Assembly (NCBI GenBank): GCA_026391215.1
Contig: JAPLDX010000011.1
Location: forward strand, 1 to 10,859
Direction of reading: 5' to 3'
Length of the DNA: 10,859 nt
From: Bacteroidia bacterium
GTDB taxonomy: Bacteria > Bacteroidota > Bacteroidia > Bacteroidales > VadinHA17
Position numbers and translations under genes: made by a program. Below the pieces are notes generated by a model that was not told the DNA's origin, did no database searches, and saw only the letters and a program-made list of their open reading frames with translations. This document shows, in pieces, positions 1 to 7,482 of the stretch (positions are counted from its first letter, which is position 1; each line of letters begins with the position of its first letter).

Positions 1-671
1 AGATTCATGATATGGAATTCAACCCATTCGTTGTTCAGGGCCTGAAGGTCAACGGTAAGGAGATCTTCCTCGAAGTCTTTAGGGAAAACGATCATTGTAC
101 TGTTCTGCAATGATACGAATACCCTGCTCATTCCCATGGATTTTGCTTCGATGATTTTGTTATCTATTCCCTCATAATCGCCCACATATTCCTTTGCCCT
201 TATAAATTCAGCGTATGACTGCCGGTAATTATCCTTTATCCCGGTTTTCATCAGCTCCATTCCGTGTCCATAGTAATAATCGGCTGATTTGCGTTTTGCA
301 TTTACCATCTCCGGCATATAGTCAACATAAGGAAATTCCACTGATCTGTTCCCGAGGCTCAGGGGCATTACGGTCCTGATCATTGATTGTCTGTCGGCCA
401 TCCTTTTATATATAATGTATATTTCATCCCAGTTCTGTGGTCTTCCTTCCATTTTGAGGAATCTTATTCTTTCGTTATCCTGATCGGTGACTACATTGTT
501 TGAGCGCTCGAGTATCTCAATTTGTTTTGTATTATCAGGATTTTTGCGCAATTCCTTTACAGCCGTAGCTATGGCGGAATCGTAATTCCCTTTCTGTAGC
601 TGTTTCTTTGATGAGACGCAGCCTGAAAGGATTATCGTTAATGTAAGAAAAATACCTGCTATCTTTTTCAT
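1..671 (-). CDS. Conserved hypothetical lipoprotein, helical/TPR-like N-terminus; 3' end runs off the window (absent from the ORF track)
   Basis: Manual translation from ATG (cat at 669-671) is open to the window edge: MKKIAGIFLTLTIILSGCVSSKKQLQKGNYDSAIATAVKELRKNPDNTKQIEILERS...NNEWVEFHIMN (223 codons). It has a basic N-terminus, a hydrophobic stretch and lipobox LSG|C18. 'KGNYDSAI...LRKNPDN' resembles a TPR-like helix pair. Confidence 0.85.
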   Translation of the reverse strand, partial: MKKIAGIFLTLTIILSGCVSSKKQLQKGNYDSAIATAVKELRKNPDNTKQIEILERSNNVVTDQDNERIRFLKMEGRPQNWDEIYIIYKRMADRQSMIRTVMPLSLGNRSVEFPYVDYMPEMVNAKRKSADYYYGHGMELMKTGIKDNYRQSYAEFIRAKEYVGDYEGIDNKIIEAKSMGMSRVFVSLQNSTMIVFPKDFEEDLLTVDLQALNNEWVEFHIMN

Positions 672-694
672 AATCTGATTGTTTAATTACTTTT

Positions 695-724
695 TAAAGA
701 TAAGAAAAACATTGAAATAACAAA
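695..724 (-). promoter_or_regulatory. Putative Bacteroidota housekeeping promoter for the lipoprotein gene
   Basis: Minus strand TTTG (721-724), 18-nt spacer, TATCTTTA (695-702), a one-base variant of the TAnnTTTG -7 element, 23 nt upstream of the ATG. Confidence 0.45.
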
Positions 725-760
725 TTGGAATCTGTGTTCTTTTACTATGCTTTAGTGCTT

Positions 761-1546
761 TCAAATTATAAAACTGAGCCACATTGAATATCTTACTCTT
801 ACCGGTTGTCCTCTCTGGAGTCCGGGAGACCAGGCTGGTGATCCCTGGATAGCATTTACTGCTTCATTATCAATAAGGGGGTCGACCCCTTTAACAATGG
901 TAACATTGCTTACTGATCCGTTGGCTTCAACTATAAAAGTAAGAAAAACCCTTCCCTGGATCTTCCTGTCGAGAGCTTCCTGTGGATAGTTGGTCCTTTT
1001 CTGAATATATTTGCGGAACTCATCGAGGCCTCCGCCTTTGAATGATGGCATAACTTCAACCAGGAAAAAAGGTTCATCGGATCCGTAACCTCCTTCTCCA
1101 TCGAACATTTCATCGCCAAAACCTGATCCGTTGGCTTCGACCTGATCGCCCTCTGAGCGAGCTAGGATCTCATCAGTTGCAGCCAAAATATTATCCGTAT
1201 TGAAAACAGTATCAACCACTTCCGGAGGAACATACTTCACAATATCCTGGGCATCGTTTGATTTCGGAGGAGGAGGTGCAGCAGGAATAAAAAATTCCTC
1301 CGGCGGTGGCTCCAGGCTTTGCATTCCGGCGCTGACAAATCTGCCTCCGCCTGCTATCACATGGTCGGAATGGGGATTCATAACAAAAGGAATGATCACT
1401 ACAGAACATGCTATCAATGTGCTTATTATGGTACCGGTAATTACATTCGACTTATATTTCCTGCGTAACTGATAGGCGCCATAATCCTTGTTCCGCGACT
1501 CAAAGATCAGGTCATCAAAATTTGGTATGTATTTTTTCTTTGCCAC
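761..1546 (-). CDS. tonB: Energy transducer TonB family protein
   Basis: GTG start. Bacteroidota TonB-type N-terminus FDDLIFESRNKDYGAYQLRRKY, one TM helix (VITGTIISTLIACSVVIIPFVM), Pro-rich linker (EPPPEEFFIPAAPPPPK) and TonB C-terminal domain (MPSFKGG...YPQEA...IQGRVFLTFIVEANGSV...WSPGLQRGQPVRV). Confidence 0.9.
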   Translation of the reverse strand: MAKKKYIPNFDDLIFESRNKDYGAYQLRRKYKSNVITGTIISTLIACSVVIIPFVMNPHSDHVIAGGGRFVSAGMQSLEPPPEEFFIPAAPPPPKSNDAQDIVKYVPPEVVDTVFNTDNILAATDEILARSEGDQVEANGSGFGDEMFDGEGGYGSDEPFFLVEVMPSFKGGGLDEFRKYIQKRTNYPQEALDRKIQGRVFLTFIVEANGSVSNVTIVKGVDPLIDNEAVNAIQGSPAWSPGLQRGQPVRVRYSMWLSFII

Positions 1547-1597
1547 TTAACTCTTATCCGGAATACTAAAAATGGTTACCGATATTTAAATGTGGGG

Positions 1598-1628
1598 CAA
1601 AAGTACAAAATAGCCTCATACCTTCAAA
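1598..1628 (-). promoter_or_regulatory. Bacteroidota -33/-7 promoter for tonB
   Basis: Minus strand TTTG (1625-1628), 19-nt spacer, TACTTTTG (1598-1605): a full match to the TTTG-N19-21-TAnnTTTG consensus, about 50 nt upstream of the GTG. Confidence 0.7.
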
Positions 1629-1674
1629 ACATAAACAGTGACAGCCTATGTTAAATATTATTTAATTTTTTCTT

Positions 1675-1682
1675 TACATTTG
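1675..1682 (+). promoter_or_regulatory. -7 promoter element for tRNA-Ala
   Basis: TACATTTG matches TAnnTTTG and ends 12 nt before the tRNA 5' end; divergent from the tonB promoter. Confidence 0.65.
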
Positions 1683-1694
1683 CGAATTCAGCAT

Positions 1695-1768
1695 GGGGGT
1701 TTAGCTCAGTTGGCTAGAGCGTTAGACTGGCAGTCTAAAGGTCAGGGGTTCGATTCCCCTAATCTCCA
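1695..1768 (+). tRNA. tRNA-Ala (anticodon GGC)
   Basis: Cloverleaf read by eye: acceptor GGGGGTT/AATCTCC with the G3:U70 alanine identity pair; D arm GCTC-AGTTGGCTA-GAGC; anticodon arm TTAGA-CT-GGC-AG-TCTAA (anticodon 1729-1731); T arm AGGGG-TTCGATT-CCCCT; discriminator A1768. Followed by CCT, so CCA is not fully encoded. Confidence 0.97.
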
Positions 1769-1826
1769 CCTTCGCTCGCGGAAGCGAGCTTCGGTGGACA
1801 AAGTCCACTGAAGCTTGCGAAGGCGG
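1766..1826. repeat. Nested GC-rich palindrome (REP-like) at the tRNA 3' end
   Basis: Inner stem AGCTTCGGTGGAC-AAA-GTCCACTGAAGCT (1787-1815, 13 bp, one G-U); small hairpin GCTCGC-GGAA-GCGAGC (1774-1789); outer stem CCACCTTCGC (1766-1775) / GCGAAGGCGG (1817-1826) with one mismatch. Confidence 0.8.
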
Positions 1827-1925
1827 GATTCGCACTCACTCTCACACTCTCTCCCGATACATTATTGAATAGGTACATATTCTGAAAATACCGCGGTTTC
1901 GTTATCTTTATAAGAAAATAAAAAC

Positions 1926-2957
1926 ATGGGTAAGAAATCCGGATTATCACAAACCAGGAGGAATCTGCTTAAAGGATTGGCAGCGCTTCCTTTTGCCGGC
2001 AGTTTTTCAATATCATCAGCCGCTTCCCTTATATTATCTAAAGACCAGGGTTATCTGACCGAAGAGGCAAAAACTTCTCTGAAAGACCTTAAAGGTGTGC
2101 TCCCGAAAGGAAAGCTGGGGAAATACGAGGTAAGCAGGATTGTATTGGGATGTAATCCTATGGGAGGATGGGCACATTCCAGAGATCTTCCTTATGTGGG
2201 ACAGCTAAGCAAACGCTGGCATACCGAAACAAAAATGAAGGAAACATGGGCCGTTGCTGAGCAAGCTGGCGTCAATCTGTGTAATCTTGGGGAATTTCAG
2301 TACAAGGCATTCAATGAATACAAAAAGGAAACCGGAGGTAAAATGCTGAACAATTGCCAGTGTATAATCGGTCAGCCAAACGACAGGCTCGCTCCTGTCA
2401 GGAAAGCTGTTGACGATGGCGCTGATATGATTTATATCCAGGGAGAAAATGTTGATGGGCTCGCAAAAAACAATGCTATTGATGTCTTATTGGAGACTAT
2501 CGATTATATCCGGAGCCAGGGTCTTCCTGCAGGGGTCGGGGCACATTCATTAAAGTCTCTCGAGGCTTCCGTTAAAGCCGGAGTTAAACCTGACTTCTAT
2601 TTTAAGACTTTTCATCACGACAAATATTGGTCTGCCACTCCGCGGGAATACAGAACGGATTATACAAATTATTCATCTGCACCTGTGACGGACCGAAATC
2701 AGTGGAATGATAATATGTGGGATCAGTATCCTGAGCAGACCATCGAATTCTTTAAGTCCATTGATGTGCCTTTCTTTGGCTTCAAGGTGCTGGCTGCCGG
2801 TTCAATTCAGCCGGCAAACGGAATCCGATGGGCTTTTGAGAACGGCGCCGATTTTATTTGTCTTGGCATGTATGATTTCCAGGTGGTTGATGATGTTAAC
2901 TCTGCAATTGATGTACTGGCAAATCTTGGAAAACGCGAAAGAAAATGGTATGCATAA
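1926..2957 (+). CDS. Twin-arginine-signal protein with divergent aldo/keto reductase-like (NAD(P)-linked oxidoreductase) fold
   Basis: Tat motif TRRNLLK plus hydrophobic region. AKR-like segments: LPKGKLGKYEVSRIVLG, DYIRSQG..AGVGAH, FFGFKVLAAG, IRWAFENGADFICLGM. Confidence 0.75.
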   Translation: MGKKSGLSQTRRNLLKGLAALPFAGSFSISSAASLILSKDQGYLTEEAKTSLKDLKGVLPKGKLGKYEVSRIVLGCNPMGGWAHSRDLPYVGQLSKRWHTETKMKETWAVAEQAGVNLCNLGEFQYKAFNEYKKETGGKMLNNCQCIIGQPNDRLAPVRKAVDDGADMIYIQGENVDGLAKNNAIDVLLETIDYIRSQGLPAGVGAHSLKSLEASVKAGVKPDFYFKTFHHDKYWSATPREYRTDYTNYSSAPVTDRNQWNDNMWDQYPEQTIEFFKSIDVPFFGFKVLAAGSIQPANGIRWAFENGADFICLGMYDFQVVDDVNSAIDVLANLGKRERKWYA

Positions 2958-3005
2958 ATGCAAACATTTAAAAAAAGTTACTTATAATTCTTAAATAATA
3001 TCAAG

Positions 3006-3710
3006 ATGAATCCAATAAATATTACCTCCAGGAACACTTTACTTGTTTTGTTTATTTTTTCCCTCTCGTTTGATTTATCGGGACAGGACAACAAGGGAAA
3101 TCCAATCCCTCATTTTCTATTCCCCTCATTTAAGGATGGTATCGTATTAATGAGAGATGGGAAAAAATTTAATGCCTTATTAAATTACAACCTGATAGAC
3201 GAAAAGATGATTACCGAACTGAATGGGATCTACAGGTATCCGAAAAATCCACGGCTGATCGATTCTATTTATCTGGAAAACAGAATATTCGTTCCTGTAG
3301 GAAATGCGTTTTATGAAGTTCTTTCCAGCGGACCTGTCACATTCCTTCTTCAGAACAGAAGCAATTATACTCCAAAAGGAACGGATGTCGGATATGGAGT
3401 CCAGTCCAGGTCTGTCGGGAACACTCAATATAAGAGGTTTGAACTTTCAGATGTCCTGTACCAGTCAGGTGAAGTTGTAAACATAGACCTCCCCCAAAAT
3501 GTCGACATTACACCTTCAAATGTTTTCTGGGTAAGGAAGAATGATAATATGGAAAATTTCATATCCAATAAACAATTTCAGGCAATATTCCCTGAATATG
3601 GACCTGAGCTTAAAGGATTTATTAAGAAGGAGAAAATTAACTTCAAGTCACGTGAAGATATGATCAGGCTGGGTAATTATTGTAATGAAATAATACTGAA
3701 AAAGAAGTAA
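3006..3710 (+). CDS. Hypothetical secreted protein
   Basis: 234-aa ORF co-oriented with the upstream gene (48-nt gap). Predicted signal peptide ...LLVLFIFSLSFDLSG|Q with Gln at +1. No catalytic motif recognised. Confidence 0.75.
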   Translation: MNPINITSRNTLLVLFIFSLSFDLSGQDNKGNPIPHFLFPSFKDGIVLMRDGKKFNALLNYNLIDEKMITELNGIYRYPKNPRLIDSIYLENRIFVPVGNAFYEVLSSGPVTFLLQNRSNYTPKGTDVGYGVQSRSVGNTQYKRFELSDVLYQSGEVVNIDLPQNVDITPSNVFWVRKNDNMENFISNKQFQAIFPEYGPELKGFIKKEKINFKSREDMIRLGNYCNEIILKKK

Positions 3711-3713
3711 AGT

Positions 3714-4724
3714 TTAATAAATCACGCATCTGACTGAGAATCCTACCCTTTTTACATGAAAGTATCTCTCTATTGCCGCACTGTTTGTATCCATGGAACG
3801 GTACCAGGCAGCTTCATCATTCGAAATATCCTCTGTGGAAGACCACCAGTAACCATAGTGTCCTATTCCGAGAAAATCTTCTTTGAAGTTCCAGTAACGT
3901 GAACCGCCCGGTAATGCTGTAAACCCGCTCTGGTTATTCGCAGCAACATTCGGACCTACCCAATGCATAAATCCAACCTCCCTTAATTTCATCCCTGCCA
4001 GGTCGGCTCCGCCCAGGCTGGTTTCGAGAAGGGTCCATTCAGCATCTGAAGGTATATGCCAACCATCCGGGCAGACCTTACGCTGATCTGCCACAGCATA
4101 CCAGTTATACAGCGCGCCATAGATATTCTTAAAAAGTGTATCATTGTTATAAAAGCAGTACGCGGCATTATTAAGACCTGTCCACTCATTGGTAACAGTT
4201 ACATTTGGAATAAAACTGCCATCCCGGTAGTGTGTTGTTCTAAGGTTCTCCGCCATCCAGGTTTGCTCTCCTATTTTTACGGTTTTATAAATGTTCCCTT
4301 CCTGATCAGTAAGACTTCCGTAAGTAATCGATTGATTGAAAACAATATTGCGCGGAGTGGTCATGAAGATTTTCTCCTCCCCGTAACCTGTGCCGACCTT
4401 ATTGGTTGCATAAGCCCTGACATAATATTCTATTGATCCTTCCAGTCCGGTCATTTTGCTGACGAAACTGCCTGCGCCGGCATCATTGGATGTAATATTG
4501 TCGTTTATCGTCGGGTCAGTCTGGGTATTCCAGCATACACCGCTGGCTATAATTGTTGAACCGCCATTATCGATTATGGTCCCTCCGCTTATTGCTGTTG
4601 ATCCTGTTAAATTTGTGACCTCTGCCGTAGAAACGACTGGCACTTCTTTTTTTTCACAGGAGTAATTGAGAAAGGCTGTGAGGATTATTAAAATCAAAAA
4701 TAAATTACTTATAGTCTTTTCCAT
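3714..4724 (-). CDS. FISUMP (Fibrobacter succinogenes major paralogous / Fib_succ_major) domain lipoprotein with N-terminal FN3-like domain
   Basis: Lipoprotein-type signal ending NYS|C. FN3-like segment (GVCWN...PTI...LEGSIEYYVRAYATNKVGTGYG). FISUMP motifs DQEGNIYKTVKIGEQTWMAENL, YGALYNWYAV, CPDGWHIPSDAEW, SGFTALPGG, GYWWSST and GFSVRC. Confidence 0.92.
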   Translation of the reverse strand: MEKTISNLFLILIILTAFLNYSCEKKEVPVVSTAEVTNLTGSTAISGGTIIDNGGSTIIASGVCWNTQTDPTINDNITSNDAGAGSFVSKMTGLEGSIEYYVRAYATNKVGTGYGEEKIFMTTPRNIVFNQSITYGSLTDQEGNIYKTVKIGEQTWMAENLRTTHYRDGSFIPNVTVTNEWTGLNNAAYCFYNNDTLFKNIYGALYNWYAVADQRKVCPDGWHIPSDAEWTLLETSLGGADLAGMKLREVGFMHWVGPNVAANNQSGFTALPGGSRYWNFKEDFLGIGHYGYWWSSTEDISNDEAAWYRSMDTNSAAIERYFHVKRVGFSVRCVIY

Positions 4725-4759
4725 ACATCTCTGTTACACGCCTGTATTGAAAATTTCCT

Positions 4760-4767
4760 TAATTTTG
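4760..4767 (+). promoter_or_regulatory. Putative -7 promoter element for the DUF4342-pepP-AKR cluster
   Basis: TAATTTTG matches TAnnTTTG, 35 nt upstream of ATG 4803, in the 78-nt divergent intergenic region. No clear -33 TTTG seen. Confidence 0.5.
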
Positions 4768-4802
4768 ATCAGTTTGGTTTCCCGGTATAAAATTATATAT
4801 AA

Positions 4803-5072
4803 ATGAACAGCAAAAATCAGTCCAATCAGGAATATTTCAGGGTCTCAGGCGATGAGCTCATGGCCAAAATAAAAGAGATCATTAAAGAAGGGAATGCAAG
4901 AAAAATCATAATTAAAAATGACAAGGATGAAACTATTGTGGAATTTCCTGTGACAATCGGTGCAATTGGAGCAGTTCTGGCTCCGGTGTTCGCTGCTGTT
5001 GGCGTAATAGCCGCCCTGGCTACGGATTGCACAATTGTGGTTGAAAAAAGGGACAGCGAAAAAGGAAGCTGA
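4803..5072 (+). CDS. DUF4342 domain-containing small protein
   Basis: Pattern GDELMAKIKEIIKEGNARKIIIK...EFPVTIGAIGAVLAPVFAAVGVIAALATDCTIVVEK matches my recollection of DUF4342; includes a hydrophobic Gly/Ala-rich segment. Confidence 0.85.
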   Translation: MNSKNQSNQEYFRVSGDELMAKIKEIIKEGNARKIIIKNDKDETIVEFPVTIGAIGAVLAPVFAAVGVIAALATDCTIVVEKRDSEKGS

Positions 5073-5101
5073 TAATTCTGTATTAATTAAATCATTTAAA
5101 T

Positions 5102-6493
5102 ATGTTCAAAAGCGTGGTATATGAAAAAAGACGGGCCCGGCTTCATGAGATAATGAAATCTGGACTGGCATTATTTATCGGGAATGTTGAAGCTCCGATG
5201 AACTACCCCGGAAATACATATCATTTCAGGCAGGACAGTTCTTTCATTTATTATTTTGGAATTGACATACCTGGTTTGGCAGGTATTATGGATTTCGATT
5301 CTGGCAAAGACATAATATATGGAACCGATTTTGACCTTGATGATATCGTATGGATGGGACCACAGCCGACAGTGAAAGAGCTTGCCCTGAAATGCGGAGT
5401 TAAACAAACATCTTCTCTTTCCATGCTGTCAGAAATAATCAACAAGGAAAAAACTAAAAAACGCAAGATCCATTTTCTTCCTCCTTACAGGGGAGAGACA
5501 AGGCTTACTCTCGGTTCCCTCCTCAGGGAAAATCCCTGTCAGCTTGATACATCTGCTTCCGTGGAACTGATCAAAGCAGTAATTTCAATGAGGTCAATAA
5601 AGGAAGAGCTTGAAATAAAGGAAATTGAAAAAGCTCTGGACACTGGCTATGATATGCATGTTACGGCCATGAAGATGTGCAAACCCGGAGTAAATGAGAA
5701 GGATATCTTCGGAGCCCTGGAGGGTATCGCTTATTCAAAGGGTGCGGGTCCTTCATTTCCATCCATCATCAGCATCAACGGCCAGACGCTGCATAATCAT
5801 TCACATTTTAATATCCTGAAGAATAATGATCTCCTTGTAAATGACTCCGGCGCAGAAACAGATCTTCATTATGCCTCCGACATTACCCGCACGATTCCGG
5901 TCGGCGGAAAATTCAATAGCAGACAAAAGGAAATATATGAGATTGTCCTGAAAGCAAATACCGAATCAATAAAGAATGCAAAACCCGGCCTGTCAAACCT
6001 GAATCTGCATCTTGCAGCCTGCAGAATAATTGCATCGGGACTGAAGGATCTTGGTCTGATGAAAGGAGATAGTGATGCTGCTGTCAAAGCAGGAGCGCAT
6101 GCACTCTTTATGCCTCATGGACTTGGCCATATGCTTGGGCTTGATGTCCACGACATGGAAGCTTTGGGAGAGAATTATATAGGCTATAAAAGTAAAACAG
6201 CACGGAGTAAACAGTTTGGACTGGCATATCTCCGCTTTGCCCTTCCTTTTAAACCCGGACATGTCCTGACAATTGAACCCGGATGCTATTTTATCCCCGA
6301 ACTATTCGCTAAATGGAAAAAAGAGGGAAAATTCAAACAATTCATCAATTACCAGAAAGTTGAATCGTACCTGGATTTTGGCGGTATTCGTATTGAAGAT
6401 GACATTCTGATTACAGACAAAGGCAACAGGCTGCTCGGGAAACCTATCCCTAAGACAGCTTCTGAAATTGAAAAAACATGTGCAACGAAATAG
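5102..6493 (+). CDS. pepP: Xaa-Pro aminopeptidase (aminopeptidase P, peptidase M24B)
   Basis: N-terminal YHFRQDSSFIYYFG (AMP_N). Metal-ligand motifs NDSGAE, YASDITRTIP, HGLGHMLGLDVHD, TIEPGCYF and GGIRIEDD. Confidence 0.93.
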   Translation: MFKSVVYEKRRARLHEIMKSGLALFIGNVEAPMNYPGNTYHFRQDSSFIYYFGIDIPGLAGIMDFDSGKDIIYGTDFDLDDIVWMGPQPTVKELALKCGVKQTSSLSMLSEIINKEKTKKRKIHFLPPYRGETRLTLGSLLRENPCQLDTSASVELIKAVISMRSIKEELEIKEIEKALDTGYDMHVTAMKMCKPGVNEKDIFGALEGIAYSKGAGPSFPSIISINGQTLHNHSHFNILKNNDLLVNDSGAETDLHYASDITRTIPVGGKFNSRQKEIYEIVLKANTESIKNAKPGLSNLNLHLAACRIIASGLKDLGLMKGDSDAAVKAGAHALFMPHGLGHMLGLDVHDMEALGENYIGYKSKTARSKQFGLAYLRFALPFKPGHVLTIEPGCYFIPELFAKWKKEGKFKQFINYQKVESYLDFGGIRIEDDILITDKGNRLLGKPIPKTASEIEKTCATK

Positions 6494-6509
6494 TATAATT
6501 CTCTGATTT

Positions 6510-7481
6510 ATGAAATACCGTAAACTTGGAAGAACAAACTGGAAAGTCAGCGAGATCGGCTATGGAATGTGGGGTATGGCAGGATGGACTGGCTCGGATG
6601 ATGAGGAATCATTTAATTCGCTCCAGATGGCTGCTGATATGGGATGCACTTTTTTTGACACAGCCTGGGGCTATGGCGCCGGGAAGAGCGAAAGCCTGCT
6701 TGGTCAGCTGGTGAGGGCAAACAAGGAAAAGAAACTCTATACCGCTACCAAGATACCTCCGAAGAATTTAAAATGGCCTGCTAAGCCTGAATACTCGCTT
6801 GATGATTGCTATCCCCCGGATCATATTGAGGAATATGTTGGTAAAAGTCTTAGAAATGCAGGACTCGGTTCCTTTGACCTCATGCAGTTACATACGTGGG
6901 AAGACAGCTGGCTTGAAGACGACCGCGGCATAAAGAAAATGATGGATCTTAAAGCTCAGGGATTGTTCCATGCCATAGGGCTCAGCCTTAACCGCTGGGA
7001 ACCATGGAACGGCGTCAGGGCAGTAAAAAGCGGATTGATTGATAGTGTCCAGATGATCTATAATATTTTTGACCAGAATCCCCGGGATGAACTTTTCCCT
7101 GCCTGCCGTGAGATGAATGTGGGAGTCATTGCCAGGGTCCCCTTTGATGAAGGTTCCCTGACAGGAACACTGACAAAGGAGAGCAAATGGCCGGAGGGTG
7201 ACTGGCGGAATACTTATTTTGTTACTGAGAATCTTAATTCCAGCGTTGATCATGCAAATGCTCTTAAACCGCTGGTACCTGCTGGAATGACCATGTCAGA
7301 AATGGCATTGCGTTTTATCCTTGGAGAACCGACAGTAAGCACTATCATCCCGGGCATGCGAAAACCGCGGCATGCAATGATGAATATGGCAGTGAGCGAT
7401 GCCGGACCACTGGATCCCGGTCTCATGAAAGAGCTCGAAAAGCGCCGCTGGGACAGGAAGCCGCAGAAGTGGTCACAGTAA
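6510..7481 (+). CDS. Aldo/keto reductase
   Basis: MKYRKLGRTNWKVSEIGYGMW start; catalytic tetrad motifs FFDTAWGYG (Asp, Tyr), ATK (Lys) and QLH (His); also QMIYN, GVIARVP and IIPGMR. Confidence 0.95.
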   Translation: MKYRKLGRTNWKVSEIGYGMWGMAGWTGSDDEESFNSLQMAADMGCTFFDTAWGYGAGKSESLLGQLVRANKEKKLYTATKIPPKNLKWPAKPEYSLDDCYPPDHIEEYVGKSLRNAGLGSFDLMQLHTWEDSWLEDDRGIKKMMDLKAQGLFHAIGLSLNRWEPWNGVRAVKSGLIDSVQMIYNIFDQNPRDELFPACREMNVGVIARVPFDEGSLTGTLTKESKWPEGDWRNTYFVTENLNSSVDHANALKPLVPAGMTMSEMALRFILGEPTVSTIIPGMRKPRHAMMNMAVSDAGPLDPGLMKELEKRRWDRKPQKWSQ

Positions 7482-7482
7482 T

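Noticed and set aside
1745-1770. tRNA 3' end as an attachment site of a genomic island
   Set aside because: No integrase, and I saw no second copy of the tRNA 3' end in the window; a distal copy cannot be excluded.
1759-1950. 63-aa minus-strand ORF
   Set aside because: Overlaps the tRNA 3' end, the palindrome and the start of the Tat gene; most likely spurious.
3714-3860. Complete diversity-generating retroelement
   Set aside because: No reverse transcriptase and no template repeat seen in the window.
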